NCBI RefSeq assembly: GCF_009914755.1
Contig: NC_060925.1
Length of the DNA: 64,000 nucleotides
From: the human T2T-CHM13v2.0 reference genome, Homo sapiens
Strand: one strand, 5' to 3'
The position numbers and the translations under genes are program-made. The notes beneath the pieces were generated by a model. That model saw nothing but the letters and a program-made list of their open reading frames with translations, had not been told where the DNA came from and did not search any database. Below, one piece after another: positions 46,741 through 64,000 of this stretch. The stretch's first letter is position 1. Each line of letters opens with the position of its first letter.

Positions 46741-47599
46741 TTTGGAAGTTTCTTCTGAATGCCTAACAAGTCTCTCCTCCTTTTCTGGTAGGAGCCTGGT
46801 GTGAGTGCCTGGAGTTCTCTGCCCTGCTCATGGATTTCTTTCATACTTGCTCTGATGAGTATTCACTAACAAGCTCAAGGAGACCCATATGCAGATTGGC
46901 AGGCTCTTTCTGCCGTAGTTCCCCATATCTTCTTACTCTGCCCCCTCAACTAAGAACCGGCCCAATGTCTTCATATTCTGATCTCTTAATTCAGCAGAGC
47001 TGTCATCTCTGCTTGGATCACTCCCATAAGCTGTGGGTAGAAAGTGCCCTCAGGCTGGGGAGACTCTGGATCCTGCCTCTCTCAGGGACCCATGGTCCTT
47101 TTGCCTACTGTCCAATGTCTGAAAATAGTTGCTTCATATATTTTGCTCAGATTCCTATTTGTTTACTCCAACATGGATTTCCGAATTGAGATGCTTGGCA
47201 AAGAATTTTGAAGGTAGAATCACAGTAACAGCTGAGTAGGGAGTACTTGGTAATTGGTTCTTTGAGAATACATAAAGGAAGAGAGATATCAAAGAGAGTG
47301 CCAGGCATTTGAGTTGGATGCCTGATACAGAATGCTGGGCGGTGGCTGGGGGACACACAGGAAATACTCAAAAAGTTGAAGATGCAGAGCTCTGACTTGA
47401 GGGGAATATGGTGGCCAGAAGAGGTCTACTTGAGTGGAAACCACAGCTGTGGGAGGAGAAGCTGTTGTAGTGGATGAAATTTGCAAGGAGACAGGAGTGA
47501 GAGAGGAAAAGGAAAAAGAGAGCTAAGGACAGGATCTTGTAAAGAACTTTGGTGTATTATGAGTAATCGCCACCAAAGAAGGCAGAGAACAGAATATAA

Positions 47600-47790
47600 T
47601 CAGGGAATTTATTTCAAAATAGCTAGAAGAGAAGATGTGAAATGTTCCCAACACAAAGAAATGATAGATGTTTGAGGCGATGGATTTCCTAAATACTCTG
47701 ACTTAATTATTACACATTCTACGCATGTACCAAAATATCACATGTACCCCAAAAACACGTATATATATTATGTATTAGTAGAAAAAAAAT
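47600..47790 (+). mobile_element. L1MA-type 3' end
   Basis: tatttcaaaatagctagaagagaaga...tgttcccaacacaaagaaatgata...atcacatgtacccc. Confidence 0.8.
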
Positions 47791-48637
47791 TTTTTAATTG
47801 CATCTGGCAATGAAAAGGTCATTGGTGACCGCCAAAGAAGACTGCCAGTAAAACAATGGGGGTGTGACCTTGACTGCAATGGTTAATGAGGAGTGGGTGT
47901 TGAGGAAGTGGAGGCAGGGAAAGAGCAGGTGAAAGGAAGAAGAGAGATCTCAGGGCAGCTGGAGGGTGGTGAGTAGGTGTGCTTGGTTTAGGGCAGACTG
48001 AAACGTGGCTGTTAGCAGAGGGAGTCATCTTCCCTGAAGCTCTGCTATAAATCTAACTTGCTGATGGTGTGGGTGTTTGGGTCGTAGAAATTCCATTTCC
48101 ATCTATTCATGTCTGTATTTATTTACTGCTTGCCTGGTTCCAAAAGGGATTTCAATAGGCTCGGCCTCCAGTCTGTCAGGGACTCACTCGACTCAGCCCC
48201 TCTCTTGTCATCCACGCTGCAGAGGATAATGCAGGTCAGTCCATGAATCGCCAGCACCTAAGTATGATGTAGGCTGTTGAAGCACAGAGCAAGGGGAATT
48301 GTGAACAGAACACTCAGACTCTGGGATCCATTAGGCTCCGCTGCTCCTGCAGAACGGTGGCCCACCAGCTTCACATCAGGTCCACCCTTTGGTCCCCGAG
48401 GGGGGCTGCTGTGTCCTGGCTGCCCACTGCCCCTCCTGCTGCTTTGGCTAAGACGGGAGTCCCCGACACACTGGCTCCATGGCTTGAGGTGATGGATTTT
48501 ACCCCATGAGAGGGGTAAAGAGCCGCAACGCAATGAACTCCACCCCCATGGGGTTCTTTTACCCCAGAGACTTCCGGATCCCCACGCAAAGTGCCTTTCC
48601 TTCCTGGGCCTGCTGAGACAGTGTTAGTTCAGCTTTT

Positions 48638-51080
<2,443 letters not shown>

Positions 51081-51964
51081 TCACCCAGTACTCCAAGTAT
51101 CCAGTATAACCCAAATTAATCCCTACAGACTTATGAGGCACGTAGAAGGATTCTGTACATTTGAGGAGCTCAAATGGTTGATTTTCAAGTCCAAGGACAC
51201 CACAGGGCTGGGAACTCTGACCTTGCTTCTGGTGCCACTGGATGTTTCAGTTTGCAGAGATGACACCAGGGCAGCACCCCAGGGCTGTCCGCGAGTGTCG
51301 CAGAATGAATACGTCTGTATTTCAGAAACATTCCTTGCACGCTTCGTGTATTTCAGAGTTCTCAGTCAGCACCAGCTAATTATTTCCCATAGCTTTCTGT
51401 TAGTGGGTGAAGATTGGTGCCCCTCATCCCACACACTGGGAACAGCAACAGTTCACACCAGGGGAGTGTCTGTTCCAGACGGAAGAGAAAACCAGGAGTA
51501 CAGCTTGTTGTGGGGCTCCAGCTGCAGATCCTGGGCCATTCAACTGACACAGCAGGGCCAGCTTTTCTCCATGTCGGGAATTCTTTCAAGGCCCATCTCA
51601 GAATGATGTTTTGGCCAAAAAAATTGTCTGGAAGAGGACAGCCACTTTTGTTTTTACAGTGTGATCCTATTTATGTAAAACTTAATAAGTTCAAATAGTA
51701 TTATATATTGCAGACTTCATACTATACAAAAAAAAAAATCTCACAGGAGATTGAATTTCTAAATGTTGAAACGAAAACCTTAACTTTAGGGGAAAGTATA
51801 GGAGAATATTATCACCTTGAAACTGATAAATACTAAAATGTAAAACTTCAGCAGAAGAAAATAAATAAAAAAGAACCAACCACAGTCCAGAAGAAGATAT
51901 TCACAACGCACATGACTGAAAAAATGATTTTTATATTCTCATATATTAAAAAACAGCCACTTTT

Positions 51965-52601
51965 TAGAAGTACCATTTGATCCAGCAGTCTCACTACTGG
52001 GTGTCTATCTAGAAGAAGAGAAGTCATTATACAAAAAAGATACTTGCACACCCATGTTTATAGCAACACAATTCACAATTGCAAAAATATGGAACCAGCT
52101 CAAATGTCCTTTAATCAACGAGTGGATAAAGAAACTGTGGTGTATGTATATATATATATATATATATGAGGGAATACCACTCAGCCATAAATAGGAATGA
52201 ATTAATGGCATTTGCAGCAACCTGGATGTAATTGGAGACTATTATTCTAAGTGAAGTAACTCAGGAATGGAAAACCAAACATCGTATGTTCTCACTCATA
52301 AGTGGGAACTAAGCTATGAGGATGCAAAGGAATAAGAATGATACAATGGACTTTGGGGACTTGGGGGAAAGGGCGGGAGGGGGTGAGGGATCAAAGACTA
52401 CAAATTGGGTTCAGTGTATACTGCTCAGGTGATGGGTGCACCAAAATCTCACAAATTACCATTAAAGAACTTACTCATGTAACCAGATACCACCTGTTCC
52501 CCAAAAGCCTATGGAAATAAAAAATTAAAAAATAATAACAACTTTTAAAAAAATAAAAATAAACAACTTTATCCTGTCAAAATAAAATTAAATTAAATTT
52601 T
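51965..52601 (+). mobile_element. L1PB-type 3' end, 5'-truncated
   Basis: ctaagtgaagtaactcaggaatggaaaacc...aagaacttactcatgtaacc; TSD AAAACAGCCACTTTT (51950-51964 / 52602-52616). Confidence 0.88.
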
Positions 52602-52735
52602 AAAACAGCCACTTTTAATTAAAGTGAGGTCCCTCAGCGGGTCAGCCCAACCGCTCCCCCTGCCTGCCCCATGCTGTGGAAAGTACATAAATGTGATCTA
52701 TTTCCTTCTTTGAACAGTCTGGAAATAATAGAATC

Positions 52736-52960
52736 TGTTATGGGCTGAAAGGTGTTCCCCGAAAATGCTGATGCTGAAGCCCACACACTCAACGTGACTC
52801 TATTTGGAGGCGGGGCCTATGAGGAGGAGATAAAAGTTTAAGTGAGGTCAGGAGGCACCTTGACCTTGGACTTCCAGCCTTTAGAACTTCAAGAAAATGA
52901 ATGTCTGTGGTTTAAGCCACCTAGCCCGTGGTATTTCTTTATGATAGCCCAAGCTAATAT
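52736..52960 (+). mobile_element. MLT1A-type MaLR LTR, internally deleted
   Basis: tgttatgggctgaa...ggcaccttgaccttggacttccagcct...tttaagccacctag. Confidence 0.8.
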
Positions 52961-53119
52961 GGAGAATGTTTATTTAAAATCCCTTATTTTGAAAACGAGG
53001 AAATTAAGGCCCTCAGATGTGATTTGGTGGAAGTCAACATTGCTTCTGAGTGACAAAGCCAAAACCAGAACCGGATTTAGAAGCCAGGCCATTCCTCACC
53101 ACACCACAATGCATGTTTT

Positions 53120-53531
<412 letters not shown>

Positions 53532-53779
53532 TGAGACAACACAGAGTCGAAGCATTAATCAAAAAGCGATTTTGATCCAGAGCTTTTCAGGCTTGCAAAC
53601 TCAAATGTTTCACGGACTTAGGCAGGTAAATGTGTGAAGTGGCTGGGTAAAAATCAATAAGGAGTGGTGAGGGTTGTGGCAAACTGGAGCAAGCATGCTC
53701 TGTAGAGCACTTACATTCCAATTTTTTAATCATTAAAGCCAAACACATCTGGCTTGTAGGTCATCCATCTGGCACCTCT

Positions 53780-54180
53780 ATCTGGGTAGGCAAGGCTAGG
53801 CTGCAAATATAAAGAAATCCTGAAGTCTCAGTGGCTTATCACAATAAAAGTGTATTGCTCACTTATGTCACATACTTATGTGGTTGGAGATTGGGGCAGG
53901 CTCTGCTATACACAGTTGTTCAAAGATCTGGCTCCTTCCATCTTGGGGAACCACCAGTCCCAACACACGGCCTTCAAGGCTGTAGCAGAAGGAGGTGAGA
54001 CAGAGAATGGGAGGAAGCTGGTTGACGTGCCAGGCTTGGAAGTGGCATCTGTTGTTTTGGCCCTCATGCCACCATCCAAAACCAGGCCTACGGCCCCACC
54101 TAGAAGGAGGGGAGCTGGAAGGATCCCTTGGTTTGCAAGCCCATGAAGAGCCTGAAACAGTTTGTGGGCAGACAGCATCA
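53780..54180 (-). mobile_element. Old MLT1 (J/K-like) LTR
   Basis: tctcagtggcttatcacaataaaagtgtattgctcac matches MLT1 3' end in antisense. Confidence 0.6.
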
Positions 54181-57100
54181 TCTTGGCCTCACCTGTTCAC
54201 AGGTGCTGTTCCATGCCCCAATGCACCTGAGTCTCACAGCTCACTCTTGGAGGCAGGCTGCATTCATAACCTCACTTTACTGATGACAGGAACCGAGGAC
54301 CACAGGTGTCAGGCCACCTCCCCGGATCACAGAGCCACTAAGAGGAAGAGCCAGGATTCCTTCCCTGTAACCTCTCACCCAACCCTCTCTTCAGCCCAGT
54401 TCCCAGAGCCACTCACCATGTGGGAAGGGACAGAGGGAGGTTTCTGGCTGTGGCTATTCCATCAAGAAGGGGTATGGTGTGGTGGCAATGCCGTTCCTCC
54501 AGCTCCTAGTACAAAGCACATTTTCTGGCTGAAAGTCTTCAAATGGGTCAAAGCCATCTTTCATCATGGCTCCTTCTCTGTAAACAGAAGACACCTAGAT
54601 GTGGAGGGAAGAGATGGGAGCTGGGGCTGAAGACTGCCCTGTGGCTTCCAGGAAAGTCTGTGGATTCTGTTGAGGGCCGTGATTAAGAAAAACCAGATCC
54701 GCGTCTACCAGTGTCGCCGGCTGTTCTGGGCAGTCCGGGTCAGAGGGCTCAGGGTTGCCCCTCCAGATGTGGCTCCACCAGGCCGGCAAAAGACACGGCG
54801 AAGGGAAGGGCTGGGGAAGCAGGAATACCTGAGATGAGGGGTGCAGCCAAGATTACAGCATTGGGTTGTAGGACTTTGGAAATGGGGAAGCTACTCTCAG
54901 TGGTATCAGGCTGGAGAACGGCAAAAAGGCAAACAAATAACTTATTTTGCTTTATATTTTTATTTATTTATTTTTGCTTTGTTCCTTTCATCTGGGAATC
55001 TCAAGAACTCACCTGGAATGAACTTCTCGTCAAACATGGCATTTGAAAGCCACAAGGAGCTCAGAGCTCAGCCAGCCTAGCAGCTCAGCTGGGAGGGGAA
55101 CGAGTAGTGAGAAGGGTGGGCCAGCGCCTGACGCAGCTTTGCCACCAGACTCTCTCTTTTCCAGAGTGACCCTCCTGGTCAGCAGCCTCGGCTCCCAGGG
55201 ATGGACTCCCAACATTGTGCCATCTGGACTCTTTTTGTTGAGAGGAACCAAGTCTCATTCAGGCCACCTCAGCTCATGGGTTGAGACTGGTATTTTAAGA
55301 ACACATATGACTCAAAGAGCCCCAGAAAAGAGGAACAACCGGGCCTTTTATAAACACTGGGGCTGTGGTAACAGGTAGGCCTCTCAGGCTGGCCTGGACA
55401 GTTCTTTGAGCTGCTCCTGCAGGCCCTGCTGTCTGTGCTGCCTTTAACCACCTCCTTATCTCCACTTCCCATGGCTGGGGCCCTGCACAGCTGACCCTGG
55501 CCGCCCCATTTGGCAGAAGCAGGTGGGAAGTTTGCCTTAGTGAGGAACGGAGGCCGTGGCATGAGCCGTGGTTGCCGGGTCCAACACGTGGAGAGAAGCA
55601 CTATTTTACTGGAATCCCTGACAACCCTGAAGTAGCTTTGTGCAGGAAGGATGAGGTGAGGTGAGAGGGGTCACTCATCTCAACCCAGGGTTCTTAATTT
55701 GTGGGGCATGAGGGAACCTGGGACTTCCTTCGAGTTGTGTAAAAATGTTCTCTGTATGGGCATGAGCACACGTTTTCTGGGAAGAATATCTGTAATAATA
55801 CTTCATCACATTCTCGAAGGGCTCTTGACCTACACGTGGCTCTGCTCCCGCAAAGCATGAGAGGGGGCTCTGCGATCCAACTGCCTCAGCCTCCCAAAAT
55901 GCTGAGATTACAGGTGTAAGCCACTGCCCCTGGCCTGCCTCCTGAGATTTTAAAATGCATGTTTATGGGTTTGCTTGTTTGTTTTCTGATTTGTAAAGCA
56001 GTCCATGCTTATGTGATAACAGAAGAAATAACGTAATAGAAGGTGACATGAAAAAGCAAAATACACAATTGTTATTTCTACTCTGCAAAAGTGGGTATTC
56101 ACCAAGTGTCTGCTATGCTTCCTGGTGGCTGAGGATACAGCAGAAGAAGAGAACAGACCCGAATCTCTTTCCTTGTGGAGACTGCTGTCTGGGTGGGGAG
56201 GCTGGGTTTCCGTAACACAAAAACAGATAACAGCCGCAAAGATGAATGACCCTTGGAGTCTTTTCGGCGGTGGTAAGTGGTAGGGAGGGGCAGGATGGCG
56301 GGCGGCCTCACCACCAGGCAGCATCAGCAGGCACAGGCCTCACAGATCTCTGGGAGAGGCTGGCTGGGCAGAGGAGGAGAGGAAGGGCAAGTGCCAAGGC
56401 CCTGAGACAGGAGTTTGGGGGCGAGTGCGAGTGGCTTGCAGAGGTCAAGAAGAAGCTTCCAGATGTTCACCGATGGAGCCCGACAAATGAGGGTGAGAAG
56501 GCACAGCCCCCACAAGCCCATCAACTTAGTGGGCTCGGAAGTCATTTTGTGGTCCATCTGTCCCCATAGGGTGAACCAGTCTGGGATCCTCCATCACCCA
56601 GAACACAGGCAGATTCAGGGGTGAGAGGGAAAGAATGTGCTTTTTGTGCAAGACTTGGAAAATATGGAAGAGAGAAAACAAGGAACTGAGGGTCTTCAGG
56701 TGCACGGGCTCACTCTCCTCAGCTTCAGCCAGAGGGACAGGCAGAGGAGTCATTATCCAGCACCGCTGGCCACCAGCCCGACCGTGAGCCCATCTTCTTT
56801 CTGCTTTCAAAGCAGCTGCATCATGTGGCTTCTCCCCGACCTCCCGAGCTGTTGTTAAGTACAACTCTTCATGTGATCTCAAAGAGATGCAGTCATTGCT
56901 CCACGGTGTCATCGAAAATACTCCAGGGCAGCGTAGGTGGGTGGGGCGGACTCATTTACACAAAGACCCGAGGCCTCTGGGGGGCCATCCTCTGGCCAGC
57001 TCTCCTGTGTCTGATGGGGCTGAGTCTGGGCGTGGGGTGGGGATTTGCCTTGGCCTAGGGCTTTTACGGGGTGAAAAACCCTCTGCTTTTACTTAGGGTT

Positions 57101-59249
57101 GGTGAGATCATTATCTAACAGCATGGCCATGGGAGAGAGCCTTTTCCAGCTTCCTGAAGTGATAAAAGACCACTCTCCTGATGAGAAACGAGCTGGAATG
57201 AGAGTGCTGCTTGGCTCTCACTACAAACTACAGTTCCAGTCAGCATATAATGAGCTACACAAATGTATTTGGGACTAGAAGTGAGCGCAGAAAGCAAGCA
57301 TTCTGGCAGCCTAGGATGTGAGTTGTTTTGACTTTTAAAAAATCATCTTTGAGGTTGAAAATACAAGTGTTTTTTTTCCTCCTTAACATAAATATGTGCT
57401 CATTCTAAAGAACCCCAGGCATCCAGGCAGCACATACCGTTTCCCGAAATGCACCAAGAGGCTGCTGCAAGTGGATACGAATATTTTGCTCCTAACACAG
57501 TCCTCCCTCACATTTCTCTCTGGAAAAAAACCAAAAAACCAAAACCAGCTGCTGGTAGAAGCTACTTCTTAAAAGGACACAAGGCAGGTTCAAAAAGAAT
57601 CATGGATTTTTTTTTCTACCCCAGTCTCCCACCCAGCCACAAAGAACAAACAATAAAACCCAACCGAAAAACAGGGTTGAGAGACGTTTGCTTTGACTTT
57701 CTGTATGCTTTCTGGCATTAAGCACTCACTTGCGGGCTGACAGTTTGCAGCATTTATAAAGCATCTTAGCTTTCTCATGGGACTGGTATGAGATCTTGCC
57801 ACCCACCCATGGAAGCTGTAGCCCTCTTCACTGCTGCGGCCACCAGGGTGTGGGTGGAGGGTCGGCCCCACCACACAACTGTAACTAGGCCCACAGGTTG
57901 GGTGTGGAGAGCTGTGCATTAGAAGGGATGGGTCCATCTGGGGCCTCTGCAGGTGGCAGGAAGAGACTGTAACGTCACCCATTAGTAGCCCTAATAACAT
58001 TATGAGGCTTAGTCCACTGAATCCAAAACTTTTCCTTGGTCCATGGACCCATGTCACACTTTAATGCAATCTTACAGAAAAATGCAAAAACCCAAACTGC
58101 TAGACCAAGTATTTCTATCTGCATCCCAGCTTTCTTACACTGTCATTGCAGGGAATACTTGGGAAGAAGAATGTTCTCAATGGGTGCGAGCTTGACTCAG
58201 CGTCAGCCCCTCCTAGGCTGCCACTCTTTTCTGTTCAGATCAAGTGATCAGTGCTCTGGCATATTGGCGGGGTCTGCAGTGATGTGGGTGGTCCTGTATA
58301 TTGAGAGGCCTTTGGTAACCTCTCACTGGAGCAGGGTCAGCTGGTCCTGGAAACACACTTGACACGCTGGAACCTGCGGTTTGAGCTACCATGCCTCATG
58401 GGTCTTATTTGGTATTCAGAATATGTCCTGGAGAGCAGGGAACTTAGGAGTGTAACAGTGTCATTTGGTAGGGACCAGAGACTAAGCGTTATCTTCTAAG
58501 GTGAGCTCTTCCTCGGGGCCCCTTCCACACAGCCTCCAGGTGGCCACTCCCAGCTTGCTGAGTGTCTGCAGAGCCCCTGCTATTGATGTGTGTATTTAGA
58601 TCTCTTAGTATCCTCCCACCTAAGTAAATGAGGGGTCTCAGCTTAGCCTACACTGTGCTTCCCTGCATGTACATGCATGCACACGCTCAACACAGCACAT
58701 ACACACACTCAATACCCAGCACACACATGCATATACACCCACAGGCTGAGTGGCCAGTGCTGATGGGGAGGAGAGCTGATAGAGAAAGATTTGGGGGCCA
58801 GTACCCTGGGCTGAGAGCTTACATGTGGCCCTGGGATTGTGGCCAGTGTCTTGGAGAAAGAGACTACAGGTAGCGTAAAGTGGGTTGTTTTCAGGAAGGT
58901 CTGTGTTACACTCTGAGAGTATGCCACGACTCTTTAAGGCTCAGATGAGAAAGAGTGACAGAGTTGGGAAAAGGGGCATCCTCCTCACTTTTGCACAGGA
59001 CACAGTGCCACCCTGGGCTGGGAGACTAGAAGGGAAGTTTGTGTCATTCAGTGCCATGGGGGTTCTTCAGTTTCAGGAGATGTCCCCCACCCCCCGGCAG
59101 GGTGCTAACCATGGAGGGCAACCACTGATGCCTCCAGCAGCTTCTGGACAGAAGATCCTGTAAGGAGCCAGAGAAGAAGGAGAGGGGCCTGGTGCTGTGC
59201 ATGTGTGAGGTTGTTCAGGCTCCTTCAATGGCCGGTGCTGTGACATCTA

Positions 59250-59428
59250 CATGTCTCTCTCTGTGTGTCTGTCAACCTACCTATTGACTGTCTATCTACC
59301 TACCTATCCCATCATATCTATCTCTATCTTTCATCTATTTATCATCTATCTACCAATCTCATCTATGCATTTAAATATGTATGTATGTATGTATCTATCT
59401 ATCTATCTATCGATCGGTCGATCGATCA
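59250..59428. repeat. Degenerate compound tetranucleotide repeat (TCTA/TATG/TCGA)
   Basis: Direct reading: tatgtatgtatgtatgtatctatctatctatctatcgatcggtcgatcgatc. Confidence 0.88.
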
Positions 59429-60247
59429 TTTATTTTTTATCTTGATTACACCAGATAAGCTGAGGATTTTGCAGGTAAGCACGTGGAAGCTAAAGGCCAG
59501 CAAGACTTGGTTAGGAATATCAATGCGTCCTCTCTCACGGCTACCAACCAGCCAGTGAGGGATTTGCAGTGTGACAAAACAGGCCTAAGCCCTGACTGGC
59601 TGAGGGAGCCAGTGCCTTACAGGTTAGTCAACCAAATGGGGATAGTGGAAAAAACAATGCACAAAAGGTTTCTGAAAAGCAGAAATCAGGGTGCCCTGGA
59701 GTAGTCATGGCAGTAAATTAGCGGCAGTCAGTGGCAAGGTGCCCACAGCTGGGCTTTTCCCGGCCTCTTTTTCACATGCCACAGGGGACCGTTTGCTACA
59801 AGGGAGCCTCAGTTGGCACCACTCCACTGTTTATATTTGGTCATTTATTCCCAATCCTCATGAGTCAACCAGAGAGCTCTGCCAGTGGTGATGATTCTGC
59901 CGCGCTGTTTTATCTGGAGCAGTGCCATGGACTCTGTGCTGATGTATAATCCCTGAAGGAAAACAGGAAAAGATAGCCGTACACAGGCAAAATATGTACA
60001 TATTTCACTGGCGCAGCCACAAAGCCAGAATAAGTCAACTAGTTCAGCTGAAACAAAAGTCAACCCAAACACTGAACCACACAAGCCCAGGAAATTTTGT
60101 TTAAAAAAAGAAAGATATGAAGAAGGAGGAGGAAGATGCGACATGCTCTGGGGAGCCCTGTTTCAGACTCTGTTCTGGTGATCCTCACGCAGGTGAAATC
60201 ACTTTCCACAGTGGGCTTGGGGGCTTCGGGTGCTAACTCTTCCCCAC

Positions 60248-60836
60248 TGTCTCACTGACAATGGTGGGCGCCCTGGGCTGATTCCTCACTATCTATCCCA
60301 ACACTCTCCTTTCCTTCACCCAGAGCCTGGAGAGCTAAACCCTATGTTTCCCAGGCCCAAGGCTCCAGATGTGATTAGTATCTGCCAAGCAAATTCCCTC
60401 CTGGAAGGGTTGATTTCAGAGCAGAGTTAAGCCAAACAAGAGGCGGGACACAAGACTTCCAGTTTTGCAGGTGTGGGACTGTTGCAGAAAGATCACTGTT
60501 CCATGCAGTGAGCAGCTACAGGAACAGTGCTTCGATTCCTTGGAGGCAGCTTTCCCTGCGCAGCTCTGCAGACTGCAGTGCTAGTCGCGGCTTCCTGATT
60601 CAGCAGGCAGCCTCCTCAGAGCAGCAGGAGCTGTGGGGACTGTGGGGACTGTGGTGACTTTGGTGACTTTGGCCACCAGTCCTGCAATGTGGCTTTGGAT
60701 GTAATTCCTAGAAGCTTAGCCTCAAATCTGTTTCCTCTGCTCTCCCAATGATTCTGTAAACTATTTCACACCCTCAATATTTCTTCTCCGCTTAAACTAG
60801 CGAGAGTGTATTGTATTCTGTGCAACTCAATGCTGA
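60248..60836 (+). mobile_element. LTR33-like ERVL LTR with internal 10-bp tandem repeat (60631-60672)
   Basis: ctggagagctaaaccctatgtttcccag...gattctgtaaacta...gcttaaactagcgagagtg. Confidence 0.55.
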
Positions 60837-60859
60837 TGAATCAGAGTATAAAATGGTTT

Positions 60860-61160
60860 AGAGCGGGGTTTGGTGGCTCACACCTGTAATTTCAGCACTT
60901 TGGGAGGCCGAGGTGGGAGGATCACTTGAGCCCAGGAGTTTGAGAACAGCCTGGTCAGCACAGTGAAAACCCCATCTCTACAAAAAATTTAAAAATTACC
61001 CAGGCGTGGCGGTGCATGACTGTGGTCCCAACTACCAGGGAGGCTGAGGTGGGAGGATCACTTGAGCCCAGGAGGTTAAGGCTGCAGCAACTATGAATGG
61101 GCCACTGCACTCCAACCTCATGACAGAATGAGACCCTCCCTGCCCCTAAAAAATAAATAA
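60860..61160 (+). mobile_element. AluJ
   Basis: ggaggatcacttgagcccagg in both arms. Confidence 0.9.
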
Positions 61161-61618
61161 ACCAGATTGGCCATGCTCACTTCACAGTGAATAGGATGGC
61201 ATGGAGGCCCAAGGCAATCTTGGTAAGTTGCTAAGTTGAAGCCTAATGTGAATAATAAAGGAGTTTGCCAACTTTTAACTTTCCCAATTTCAGAAATTCT
61301 CACTAATCCCCCAACATTTATCCCCTTTGAGTTCCAGGAGGAATTCTTCCCCACATTTTAAACTATGCTGAAAGTATGAAACACACTGAGCTGGATATGT
61401 CTGTTTGAGATGAAATATCCTGGGGGACCAGTAGGGTCTGGACATCGTATACATGGAGACAGATAACCACTGTCGCTTATATAGGTTCTCTATGGTCAGC
61501 AAATATCCCTAGGGGGAATTGTCTCACAGCCATTCCCTATGTGTTGTATTTGGGTCAGAAAGCAGTTCTGAGGTTGCTGTTCTCTCCATGATCTGGCCAG
61601 TTCTCACCTTATCCAGAC

Positions 61619-62463
<845 letters not shown>

Positions 62464-63541
62464 CAAACCTTAAGCCTTTCATTCATGTCACTCCATCAAA
62501 CTCCAAGCGCGTTCATGGCTAAGGAAGCTGCTTTGGGGTTGTGGCTGCTGCAGGGGAAGGGTTTGCAAATAACTTTTCATTCTCTAGGAAGACTGGCCAA
62601 TGGAAAAACCATGCTTCCCTTCCCTAAGGATGAATAGAAATCTTTAGTAACTTCAGTTGGATAGAAACAATATGTAAATGATATGTAAAAGCAAATTTCT
62701 CAAAATTTATGAGGGCTGTATTGCATAATTCTATACAAACAGTCTGGTGTGTGGGATCCTATTTCCCTGAAAAGATGAAAAGATAAGCTATCCTATGGTG
62801 AAAAATTGAAGGCTGTATGGATTGCAAGGGGGGGAAATTATAGTTGAAATGCTATTATGAATCTTTTTGACCAGACCTGCCGAACATAATATTAAAATTT
62901 AAACACACTGTCTCAAACATTGCTCAAGAACTTCACGAAACCCCTTCATGTGGTCATGCCCTGTTCTCATGGCTGAGTGCGCGCTCTGATGAATGTTCCC
63001 AGAGGACAGGGACAAAGTAAGTGTCTCAGCTCTCTCTGCATGATCCTTTTAGGAACTCTTCTCACAGGCCCCAAGAGCAGAAATGTAACAAACATTTATT
63101 GGCCAAAAGGCACTCAGTTCGTGACTACCACTTGATAAAATGTTCGTCTGTGCATTAAAGCTTGCCTTCAGTACCAAAGAGCGAATGAAGCTCCACAAGG
63201 TCTTCATCTAATAAGCACCCCGGGAAGACCTGGCCTCAGGAGAGTCTGACTGCATGGAGTAAGAGGGCTATGCCCAGGCAGTGCCAACAGCAGAGGGCTA
63301 GGAGCCGGTGGCGAGAGGAGCAACAGAGGAGGTCAGGGTGGAGTGAGGAGGGCTACCAAGAACTCTGAGCACCTGGGGGCAGCCCAGAACTGGAAGAGCA
63401 GGGGAAGTGAGGCTGGGGAGGTGGAATCATAAAACAGAAAGGGTTGAAAGCCCCTTAGACTGGCAGCAGTAGAAATAAAGAGACACCAAATATTTGGGAG
63501 CAGGTCTTCATCTACCATTCTTTACCCATTTGAGATATCTA

Positions 63542-63862
63542 CAGTCAGTCCTCCATATCAATGGGTTCAGCCTCTGTGGGTTCAACCAACCACAAATGAA
63601 AATATTCTAAGTAAATAAATAAAATAACAACACAACAATTAAAAATAATGCAAAGAAAGTACTACCATATGCTAGCTATTTACATAGCATTTACATTGTA
63701 TTAGGTATGAGAAGTAATCTAAGATAATTTAAAGCATATGGGAGGATGTGTGCAGGTTACATGCAAATACTATGCCATTTATATAAGGGACGTAAGCATC
63801 TGCAGAGTTTGTATCTGAGAGGGTCCTGGAACCAATCCCCTGTGGATACCGAGGGCCAACTG
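63542..63862 (-). mobile_element. MER2 / Tigger-family non-autonomous DNA transposon
   Basis: TIRs cagtcagtcctccatatc / gataccgagggccaactg flanked by TA duplications. Confidence 0.88.
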
Positions 63863-64000
63863 TATATATTTTTCACACTTTAACATACTGAAATAGCGCT
63901 GTGTCTTACAACTGATGTTGTTTTAAAATCACAGTCATCGTCTGCCCAGAGATGAACATGGTTGTTACTTGTGGCAGCAGGATTGGACCACTGCAGTTCT

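Noticed and set aside
53995-54630. 211-aa ORF
   Set aside because: Starts in MLT1-like and MIR-like sequence and has no recognisable protein features.
60631-60672. 10-bp direct repeats as a CRISPR-like array
   Set aside because: Tandem units without spacers inside an LTR in a primate genome.

Overview
Primate genomic DNA. The L1PA2-type LINE-1 and AluY copies point to human or another great ape. The window looks intergenic or deep-intronic and is dominated by transposable elements: more than 20 Alus, L1 and L2 fragments, MIRs, about 14 ERV/MaLR LTRs, and hAT/Tigger DNA elements. I see no intact protein-coding gene, tRNA, rRNA or CRISPR array; nearly all listed ORFs are repeat-derived or incidental. 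The only host-gene-derived sequence I recognise is a decayed MARK-family kinase pseudogene fragment (~14.6-15.2 kb), in which kinase subdomain IX is fused directly to the C-terminal KA1 domain. The most notable structures are: (1) an L1PA2 insertion with a 15-bp TSD, a twin-priming inversion and an internal second copy of its own 3' end with templated filler; (2) a perfect 45-bp inverted templated insertion copied from a nearby old LTR; (3) an old local duplication whose two copies each took up a different Alu at the same spot; (4) a MER41B solo LTR that retains both GAS/STAT motifs. I found no evidence for a wholly new biological system; the findings are mutational-mechanism fossils and candidate regulatory elements. 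Repeat family names come from remembered consensus sequences, not a RepeatMasker run, and boundaries of old elements are approximate.
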